Below, piece by piece: positions 54,135-64,000 of a stretch of DNA of 64,000 nt; position 1 is the first letter of the stretch; each line of letters starts with the position of its first letter. A program made the position numbers and the translations under genes. Location of the stretch: positions 2,542,001 through 2,606,000 of the forward strand of contig NEEC01000014.1 of assembly GCA_002189035.1 (NCBI GenBank), given 5' to 3'. Below the pieces are notes generated by a model. That model did no database searches, was not told the origin of the DNA, and saw only the letters and a program-made list of their open reading frames with translations. This stretch comes from Utricularia gibba (Eukaryota; Plantae; Magnoliophyta).

Positions 54135-57100
54135 TCAATACCCATAGTCCCTTGAGCGAGGCCGCTCCGAGCGGCGGTAATCATGGTCGCGCTGTTCGGT
54201 TGCATCCGGTTCATACATGTACCCATCCTCCGGCCGACCGTAAGGATCATTGTCGTGGTCTGGTTCCCGGTAGCTGCCATATCCACCATGATCTTCACGT
54301 TTGTCGTACGCCCCTCGACCTTGGCTTACATAGTAGTTGTAGTGGCCATCAGGTTCAACCTCAGCTTCAGCATGGCCTGCCCACTCACGGGCATCTTCTC
54401 CCTCATCAATCTCATACTTCCTCTGTCTCTTGCTGCGATCATGTTTGGAATCACGGCGGTCCTGCTCATACTCGTATTCATGCTCCCTATCATGGGAACG
54501 GCCTCTCTCACGATCATCAGCAGCCTCATAGTCTCTCTCCCTCTTCTTGTCTCTGTCACGGTGACGGTCATGTTTGCGTTCTTTGTCGTGTTCACGAGCC
54601 CTCTCACGGCCATGGTCACGGTCACGTGCTCGATCCCTGTCATGATCACGCTCACGCTCACTATTTCGACTATGATCATGCTCCCGGGACCTTCCCTTGT
54701 TTCTCTCCCGATCCCGGTGGTGCTTGTCATCTCTATGTTCCCGCTCCCTTGGTCTATCATGCGACACCTCACGAGATTTTTCTCGTTCTCTATCCCTGTC
54801 TCCTCCACGTTCGTCGGATTTCTCCCTGTTCCAAAACACTCTCGGGTTAGCAACGGGATCATACTTTAATACACTGTAACAAGGGATACAACGATACACA
54901 TATCATGGAAGAAAGATTACCGCTCTCGTTCAGATCTTGGCTCCTCCGATCGAGAAACAACTCCAGGTTGTGCACTGAAACAGCGGGAGAAGAGAAATTA
55001 TAATACATGTAAAAAATGTGGAAACCAATATCAGCGGTCATTCTGTCCTAACTATGACGTTAAGTAAAAAAACGTTCTTCATTATAAATTAGGAAATGAT
55101 TATCCCTACTAGTAGGAAACGAAAACACCCAGCATGCAGAAGGACTACCTTCCCAATGGCTTCAAGCTCGCGTCTACATTACTGATTCTAGTTGTTCCCA
55201 ACCCACCACCTAGTCTTCGAGGACGCCAATTCGGCACAGTTCTACCACGCTCAACATCCACAAGCACTCGCCTGTTATCAATCTTTTTTCCATCTGCTTG
55301 CTTATATGCAGCTGCACGACATCCAGTGAGCTATCAGGGAAGGGTAACATGGACGACTGCTCAAGATAACGTTATTGAAGGAATTGAATACCTTTCATGT
55401 CTCTGGTATGCAGGTACTCAATAAAGGCATAACCTCTTGGCTTATTTGATTCTTTATCCATGACCAAGCGGACCTGGTACTCACAAAGATCCATTCACTA
55501 AGTTTTAACAGACAAATCAGCATTACCAGCTAAATCAAGTAACCGTTTGCTAATATTTAACTTAGGTAACAACATGATAAAAGCCCAAGGGCACGGCAGA
55601 CAGGCATTACGCCTAAATGGCCGTGCTCACCTTTTAATCAAAGAGCCTCCATGGAGACGCATCACCATCACTCCTAGACTTGCCATTACAGAGGCCAACT
55701 TACCATTTCAAATAGAAACTAGCTTCCCCTTACCAGGGACATTTTTTTTTATATATTTAAACATAATGATGAAAAAAACTACAACTAACATCAATACCAG
55801 TATCCTTCAGACTCTGCGTATTTTGACAGCCTTTAAATTGAAATGAAGACTTCAGTAAAAAAAAAGGATATGTACTAGAAATTAAAATAAAGGAGAGAAG
55901 CTAATACTCCCTACAAGTTTTACCCAATAAAAGTTGGAGCGCCAGATAGATCGAAATAAGAGCCAGTCACAATGCATCTTCCAATCCAAAACTTAATCTT
56001 ATATCACCTTTGCATTGCCAGAAGGATGTTTTAATTTTGAAGGATTCATCAGGACAATAAATTGGAGAGAAAAGGGATGCACATAAATCCCTTAAAGAAT
56101 TAATGGATATACTTCAACAAATGCTCGGATATGTTTCTAGAAGCTATCAACGTTAGAACATAACAAACATATGGCACAACCTATTGGTTCTATGCTTCGC
56201 CAAATGCGTATCAGGCACCCCAATCCAATTGTTTCGTACTCTATATTCACATAAAGATGCAAGGAATTTTCTACACATCAATAAAACGATGATGTACACG
56301 CTCAAGTTCAGGATTTAAGCTTACTAACAGTAACAGATGAAAAATGGCAGAGAAAAAAACTTATAATTTACAATTTGGTGGAAATACTATTTTCAGAAAG
56401 TGCTGCAAACATATCAGCACTAGAAAGAATCTTGCATGAGTTGACAACCAAATCTCTTACCGAATCCAAAAAAATAACCCAAGAACCACACTGGGTGTTG
56501 CACAAAACCTACCCGTTTAATAGGCCCGTATGCCTCAAACTCCCTCCTGATCCTACTCTCGGTTGATTCATAATTCTGCAATGAAAAGGCATTCCAGAAA
56601 CAGGTTAGACAGAAATACCACAAACAACTGATCACCATTACCAACTATGACTCACAAGCCTCGCAACAAACAGGGTTTTGTACGGATCTCCGGATATATT
56701 TGGATCACTGTTTGGGTCATCTGCAAGTAGGCAAAGAGTAACAATGAATGAAAAGAGTATCAAATATACATATATTTCTTCTTATTCAGACCAAGATAGA
56801 AATTTCAGACAAACAGAGCGAGTACGAAAAGGAACAACTACCACACAGAATAAGACATGGACTATGGATGCCAATGGACGCATCAAGGTAATGACATAAA
56901 GAATTACATTTTTCAAGCTCCTCAGCAGCCTTTTTGGCCCCCTCTTCAAGACGAATTTGATGAATTCTAGCTCTCCTCGCTGCCTGTACACCCAAATAAA
57001 TACCAGGAGCCCCTAAATTAGAAAATAATAACCAGAAAACAGACATACAAGAACGTGGGAAATATTATAATACTCCATGTTTCACATCAGCAATGCCTAT

Positions 57101-58022
57101 ACCATTTTCTTCAAAAGCATTTCCACACACGGTAAAAGAAAATAGGTGAAAAATATGATCCATATACACCTACTCTAGAAAGCTCAGGAAATTTATCCTT
57201 GATAATTTTTTAAGGCCACCACAAAAGTAAAAATCCTATCCTATCATATTTCCATTGTAAACCATATGTGGATTATATTCACCAGTTATCATTTCATTTG
57301 AAATCTCAAATATCCTAGCATTTTCCTAATAAAGAAGCAGCCTAAAAAATAAATAAATACATCACAATACATAATGACTCACAGGGGTCTCTCCCTTTTG
57401 CACAGGAGGTGCATATTCAGGGTCACCAGGTTCAGCAAAATTTTTTACGAACTGTGCCACGCCTGAATGTAGTAATGAAAACAGGTGAGGGAAAAAATCA
57501 ATCTGAAAAAAATCAGAAATATCAATACAAATACCAGCATATGGAAGACATTTCCTCTTCTCCGGAGGGGGTTTGTATTCCAATGGAGGACGCGGCTCAA
57601 ACAATTTCAGCAGGTTAGCAGTTAAACCAGTCGGATGACTCTGGCCGATCTGGAATTGTTGCAAATACGAGAAGACAAAGCAATTTCAGTGAACAAAAAT
57701 ATTTATAGTGTTGGTTTGCAACTTGATGCGGACGACGGTAAAAATACAACGGACGTGAAAAGCAATGAAGATACGCAGGGAAAAAGGAGTCTAAAAATCC
57801 GTCCGGGCCACAAAAAAATACGTGAACAATCACAAAATCGCCTTCGTAGTCAGCAAAATTGATTATCAACGAACAGAAATCCAAGACATCCCGAATAATG
57901 CAGGACATCCAATTTATGCTCACCAATTTGAGCTGCATAACATTTGCCCGGTTTTGAGCCTTCGTGCGAGCCTGCACGGCTGCGTTAGGGTTGCGCATCA
58001 TTGCGTCACCATAATCCGCCAT
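54135..58022 (-). CDS. U1-70K: U1 small nuclear ribonucleoprotein 70 kDa, 10 exons
   Basis: [61 protein letters not shown]1 [36 protein letters not shown], and an RD/RE-rich tail. Confidence 0.97.
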
Positions 58023-58110
58023 TTTCACAGACAGCTTATCGCGTCGATTTCTGAGATTTCCCTATGCCGGAGCCAAGAAGGCGGAATTCACACGGCGACG
58101 GCCGATCTGT

Positions 58111-58118
58111 TAGGGTTT
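58111..58118 (-). promoter_or_regulatory. Telo-box (AAACCCTA) about 90 nt upstream of the U1-70K ATG
   Basis: TAGGGTTT on the + strand. Site II-type GGCCCA motifs lie further upstream at about 58540 and 58605, a combination typical of plant housekeeping promoters. Confidence 0.6.
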
Positions 58119-58430
58119 GTCGACGTAAGCCCCGAAGACATCACTCATGCCGAGCATTTATTTACAATACATTTTTAAGTTTTTCTAGTGGACTACGTAT
58201 ACACACGTTTACTCTAGACTAAATTACTTTTTTTTTTTTTTATCCCCGCCCATAATTACCTTCAGGCCCCTGGGCTTTCACCATTTTACGGATACACGCA
58301 TGCCGATAATAATAATATTATTATTATTAAAATAATTATATTTAATATGAGGAAAATGAGATTGAATGATTGGCTGTTTGGGACATCAACTGAACCTTGA
58401 AATAAAAAACAATAATACGACCAACTTGTT

Positions 58431-58470
58431 TATTATTATTATTACTATTATTATTATTATTATTATTATT
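58431..58470. repeat. (ATT)n microsatellite
   Basis: TATTATTATT... run with one ACT interruption. Confidence 0.9.
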
Positions 58471-59847
58471 ATGTTTTTGATTAAGGTGGACACAAAGATA
58501 GTATCGTCCACCGTCACCACACCAAGTAAAGGGCATATTGGCCCAATAAGGAATTCGGGTTCAATCCGTCGGACGGGTCGACCCTTTTGTTAGGAGTAAT
58601 TATGGCCCAATTAATTCATCCATTTATAAAAATAAAAAAAAAAAGAAAAAAAGAAACTGGAGTGTTGATTGAAATATGGAGGGGGCACACGGGGGTGGAA
58701 GTGGAAGCGTTTGGTTGGAAAGGAGCATCGCCACTTCTCCACACGACATGCTTTTGCAAAGGCTCAAAGGCGGCAAAAGCCGAAGCATATTTGCGAAAAG
58801 TGGGAAAAGGGTTTGAATATCCACAGCGAGAGCAAAAAAAGGCAGGATGATCGATGGGCATCTAAAGTGGCCCGAGGAAGGAGATAGCGAATGGATGCGA
58901 CTACACCGATGCCCCATCATTCCAATTTTTCCAAACTCAAGATGGACGTGATTTTTACAAAAATGATCAATTCTTCCTCTTTTTTTTTGTATACATTAAT
59001 AACAAAATTTTAGAGCATCTTTATTAATTTCTGAAAATAATGACATGATTTTTCGAAAATCAATTTTATTTTTTATGTAAATCACTTTTATTTTGAGTTA
59101 TATACTGCGAAAATCATTTTGAGTAAGTTCTGTTTTCTAATATAAACTCAATAACGGAATCCACATTATCATTTTCGTAAATCAATAAAAATGATCTTAT
59201 ATGTATGGTGGTTAATTTTTGTATATATATCATAAAAGATGATGAGATTTATAATACATTTACGGCTGCGTCGGGGCGACTCGCCGGGTATTCGGGTCCA
59301 ACCCCGTTATCCAATTCATAAAATAGTGGGTGTGTATGTAATTAATTAATTTGTGAACAAATTTACTTGATTTTTTCATTTTCTCCGGTTTCGATTTTTG
59401 TGTTGTTAGAAAAGACGGAGAAAAAGAAGTGGGTGAAAAAGGGGAAGGTGAGGCTTTTTATCTTATCTTGTACAGACCAGCACGCCATAATTGTCAGATG
59501 CTCGCTCTCACTCCAATGATTCTTCGCCGCCGACTGACGGCCAACGGAGCTGTTCCCGGCGATTCTTGACGGCAAGAGCAGACCCGGAATTCAAAGCTCT
59601 AATCTTCTTGTGGTGATTCCTGAGGAGAGTCTGAAATCCTAGTCAAACCCGCCGAATTTTTCCGTGTGTTCAGGAACTCTTTCTCAAATAGACGTTGTGA
59701 TTGAGATAGGTTTTCTCCACCGTTGGAGTTTGGTGATACTTTCTCACACGTTTGGAGTTGGGAATTTGGATTTCGCTTGAAGAGAAGGTGGTTGGGGAAC
59801 GAGGGTTTCGTTTTGTCGCTGATTGCTGAGCTTTTCGTTATTTACAC

Positions 59848-61597
59848 ATGAAGGATTCAGCGCTATCTGGAAATTCATCTCCCGTGAAAACCCCGGCGAA
59901 GAAGAAACGGAATCTGCCGGGAACACCAGGTGAGAAGAAGAAAAAAGATTTTTTTTTTTTTCTTTGAATGGATGACTTCTTTGATTACGGTGTGAATAGG
60001 GATGTTGTCTTCTTTGTATTTGTTTTTTCATCAGATCCTGATGCTGAAGTGATTGCCCTGTCTCCAAAGACGTTGCTGGCGACCAACAGATTCGTTTGTG
60101 ATATATGTAACAAGGGCTTTCAGAGGGATCAAAATCTGCAGCTTCATCGCAGAGGACATAATCTGCCGTGGAAGCTGAGGCAGAGGTCAAGTAAAGATGC
60201 GAAGAAAAGGGTGTATGTCTGTCCAGAACTCGGCTGCGTTCACCATGATCCTTCTCGAGCTTTGGGCGATTTGACAGGAATCAAGAAGCATTTTTGCAGA
60301 AAACATGGAGAAAAGAAATGGAAATGCGACAGATGCTCTAAAAAATATGCAGTTCAATCGGATTGGAAAGCGCATTCCAAGATCTGTGGCACCAGAGAGT
60401 ACAGATGTGATTGTGGAACTCTGTTTTCTAGGTTTTGTCCCTTAATCTTTCCATTTCTAGCCAACTTCCTTTCATCTCTGATAAGTGAATCTCATTCTGA
60501 TTTCTTATCTTCGCAGGAGGGATAGTTTTACTACACACAGAGCCTTTTGTGATACATTAGCCGAGGAAAATGCAAAAGCTCAACCACACGCTGCACCAAA
60601 TAGTCCCAAAGATGACAGTAATCCCATTCCCGGTACTTCTCCTCCGCCATCAGAGCCGCTACCACAGCCGCCGGTGGCCACCCCTTCTCCTTCTCCGCCG
60701 CAGCCACCTGAAGCCCCTGCTGCTCTCTCAACTTCCATGATGCCGTCTGTTGTGTCTCCTCAAAGACAAGGTAGTTGGAGCTTTGATACTTTTTGGAGTT
60801 GTGTTGTCTTTTGGCTGGTCGTTTAATGTGTCTCTATATGCTTTTTGGAGTTTTGTTGTCTTATTGTCATCGGGGTTAACTCGATCTCTTGTACAGAACT
60901 GCTAGATTCCACAGTGGCCGATCCGGTTAACGGAGAGACCCTGGAGGAGAATACCCTTCCAGCGAGATGCAGCAGTAGCCGCAGCTCAAGCAACAGTGTC
61001 TTTGCCAGCCTCTTTGTTTCATCGGCGCCATTGCAATCCGAGCCAACAGCAACAGCAGCAAGATTCAACTTGTTAAGAGCCATCTCCCGCCCGATCGACT
61101 CACTCCAATCTTCCTCCGAAGCCGGATCCCTCTGCCTATCGACGAGCCAATCGCCGCTGATGTTCGCATCCTCTGTAGGCCAGTACGCCCCTTCTCCTCA
61201 ACCGGCGGCGATGTCCGCAACAGCATTGCTCCAAAAGGCGGCGCAAATGGGTCCAACGTCATCAAAAGGCTCCCTCCTCAGGGGCCTTGGTCTAGCCTGC
61301 TCTTCCCCATCGGACCATGATTGGAGCAGCCTCCGACTCGAGCCCAGCAGCTCACCATTAGCCGCCGGTCTCGGCCTAGCAATCAGCAACGATGAAGCCT
61401 CCAATTACAAAGAACTCATGATGGGGACTCAAAGCGTCTTTGGTCCTAAGCAAACCACCCTGGACCTCCTAGGACTCGGCAACGGCGGCTCAGCCGGTGG
61501 ACTTCCCGCATTGATGACGTCGATCAACCACGGACAGATGCCCAGATACGGCAGCAACGGAGTCCAATTCGGCACAGAAGACATGGGCAGAAGGTGA
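59848..61597 (+). CDS. INDETERMINATE DOMAIN C2H2 zinc-finger protein, IDD1/IDD2 (ENY/GAF1)-like, 4 exons
   Basis: KKKRNLPGTPDPDAEVIALSPKTLLATNRFVCDICNKGFQRDQNLQLHRRGHNLPWKL...SKICGTREYRCDCGTLFSRRDSF, MSATALLQKAAQMG and TTLDLLGL. An in-frame stop lies upstream of ATG 59848. Confidence 0.93.
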
Positions 61598-63115
61598 AGT
61601 ATCGGACGAAATGTTGCATCAGGTTCCTATGTACACTAGAAACTGTGGAGAAATGTGAAATATTATTGGGTGGAATTCATTGCGTGTGGGAGATGCAGGC
61701 AGCTGGGGGACCTCGCCCCCGCCATAGCCTTGACAGCAACTCGTCAAGTACACGCAAAATTGTGCCCACTGGTCAACTCTCCTTTTTCACCCAACAGCAA
61801 CGCAGCATGTACCTACAACGGGAATCCTAAGCCGTACGAACGACGAGCTACTTTTAACTACTCGATTTACCATCCTAAACACTAATGAATTACATCAGTA
61901 ATAAAATGTAAAAATGGGTGTGATTATGAACAGCTATGGGCACATGGCCTGAGGCTAAGGAGCACGTGAGCAACTTCGGTTGGAATCTTTTTATTACCAT
62001 GGCATGTTCTTGACAGGTCAAAGGGGTCCCGACCCCCATTTTTTACGTCCATCTCCAAAAAAAAAAAAACATTAAAAAGGGATTTTATCGGGTGCGACAA
62101 AAGGAATAAATCTTAGAGCACGTCACATTGCATTGAATTATACTCTTTCTTGCCAAACAACTTGTCCTCCAAAGTGAACAAATAACCTGAATACTATAAA
62201 AAGAAAACAGGTGCACGGTGCACCCGCCCCCAGGCTACTCACACAGGAGGGACGACACTGTGTACTATATTCAAGTAATTAATTATATTATTATTTTTTA
62301 TTACGATTGGGCCTAGTTCCGCTGAATCTAGGCCCATTCGTAAGCCTTTTAAAGCGTAGCTCACTAGGTTTTCAATGAACCGGCCGCGTCATAGTCCGGC
62401 TCAAAACCTCTCTGTCGAACTTTTATTTTATATTATAATGTGGATAAAGCATATTTTCTATTTCAACGTCTGGGGATTACGGAATCATCAACTTAGGTTT
62501 GCCAAAAGCAAATTTAAGAACGCAATTAAGATTTATTTTTATTAAATAAATCGGGAATATTTATTTAATTAGGAATGGTGATTAAGTCAATGCGTCTGTG
62601 GAGCAGCGACTTAAATCTGCATTGAATATGGATTAGCTGCCGGGGGAGGGTTGGCCCCCGGGGAAGAGGAAGCGTTTACCTTTTGATTCCATTGGCCTTA
62701 AGAACGAACTCCCAAGGCGTCCGCTTGTCAAAGGTTCTGTGGGAGGAGCTGCTTGATTGGGAGATTCTTGCTCCGATCGGAACACACAGCGTGTTTCAGC
62801 TTCATTGGGTTCGTAATGGATGCGCTTTCTGGATCTTGTTGTGTAAATACGGCACCGATGATTTTTCCTGCGATGCGTTACTTTTCGGTTTCTGGTTTCG
62901 TCACTAAGCTCTACTCCGTTCTTTTTGTTTTTCAATGCGCAGTCTGGGTTTTCACCGTTGATTCATGGGTTTCGCCTTTTTGGTGGGGTTGGCTCAAGGG
63001 GAGCTGTCCCGGAACGTGTTGCGGTTTGGTTTATGGCACTGAGCTTTCGGTCAACCAAAGTTCGCGCGCTGGATTATTTCGATTCAAGAATTTTCTTTTA
63101 GGGAATCTTAACATC

Positions 63116-64000
63116 ATGAAGTGAGTTTTATGGATCATATCTTTCTCTTCAAGTCCTGCAAATTTGTAGTTATCTATACAGGCTTGGGTTCGTGGTGATT
63201 ATATATGGTGAAATTGAGGGTTCATTCCAGAGTAGAGTGATTATTCTTCTTCAGTTCTAGAAAGGAATTTGTATTGGCGTTTTGGATTCAAGGTTGATCA
63301 TATACATGTGCAAGATTGATATGTGGACCTTTTTGCTGTGTGTCATAAAGACCTTCAATTAATTTGATTCTCCGTACAGTTTGTTCCTGCTCCTGTTAAT
63401 ACCTCTTAATGTTTTTGTGTGGTCTTCTCAGTTTCGGTAAATGCATAATGTCATTTTAAAGGTCACGAGCTAATCTGCCCACCTATGTTTTTGCTCTATT
63501 GTAGCAGAGCCAGGACATTCTTCGGCGTCTCACTTTCCTTAATCATCATTAACATGGCTTCGATAATGGAGCGTGCAGATGAAAATCTTCTCCCTGCCGT
63601 TTACAAGGAAGTCAGCGAAGCCTTTGCTGCTGGGCCATCAGACCTTGGATACCTCACTTTTATCAGGAACTTCGTGCAGGGACTGGCATCACCAATTGCT
63701 GGGGTGCTAACTATTACCTATGACCGCCCCACGGTCCTTGCAATGGGGAGTCTCTGTTGGGCTTTATCGACTGCTGCTGTTGGAGGGAGCAAATATTTCA
63801 CTCAAGTTGCATTCTGGAGAGCAGTGAATGGCTTTGGACTTGCAATTGTCATACCAGCACTTCAGTCTTTTATTGCTGATAGCTACAAGGATGGTGTCAG
63901 AGGGGCTGGATTTGGATTCCTGAATCTCATTGGGACCGTTGGAGGCATTGGCGGTGGAGCCATTGCCACTGTGATGGCTGGGTACACTTTTTGGGGTGTA
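63116..64000 (+). CDS. Major facilitator superfamily transporter (spinster-like), 5' part; truncated by the window end
   Basis: Micro first exon ATGAA (63116-63120), intron to 63504 or 63507, then TFFGVSLSLIIINMASIMERADENLLPAVYKEVSEAF...LQSFIADSYKDGVRGAGFG, open to the window edge. Confidence 0.9.

Noticed and set aside
54152-54869. Long ORFs of 232 aa, 228 aa (very hydrophobic) and 178 aa overlapping the U1-70K last exon
   Set aside because: Shadow frames of the low-complexity RD/RE/RH-coding repeats; the hydrophobicity is the expected antisense read-out of a charged repeat.
1-64000. tRNA, rRNA, snoRNA, CRISPR array or intact retroelement
   Set aside because: No cloverleaf, rRNA signature, convincing C/D box pair, repeat-spacer array or RT/integrase motif was seen. 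tRNAscan, Infernal and RepeatMasker were not run.

Overview
Gene-dense flowering-plant nuclear DNA with spliceosomal introns; I cannot identify the species from sequence alone. I can support about 15 protein-coding loci. In order: LONGIFOLIA/TRM (+), Dof zinc finger (+), plastid RPL19 (+), CIN-class TCP (+), RCL1 (-), SCC2/NIPBL (+), ferrochelatase 2 (+), two tandem defensins that each carry an apparent lesion (+), NOL6/UTP22 (+), a PYROXD2-like FAD oxidoreductase (-), two small uncharacterised proteins (-), U1-70K (-), an IDD1/IDD2-like C2H2 factor (+), and the 5' part of an MFS transporter (+) that runs off the window. I found no tRNA, rRNA, CRISPR array or intact transposon. The most interesting signal is a cluster of 5'-splice-site-like (U1-binding) motifs plus a hairpin inside the 1-kb sixth intron of U1-70K, a candidate autoregulatory element. 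Other leads are the damaged defensin pair (one possibly rescued by cryptic splicing), a small 3-exon gene that the ORF track only partly shows, very tight tandem packing of four minus-strand genes, a divergent Dof domain, and three GC-AG introns. All homology calls come from recognising motifs by eye; no searches were run.
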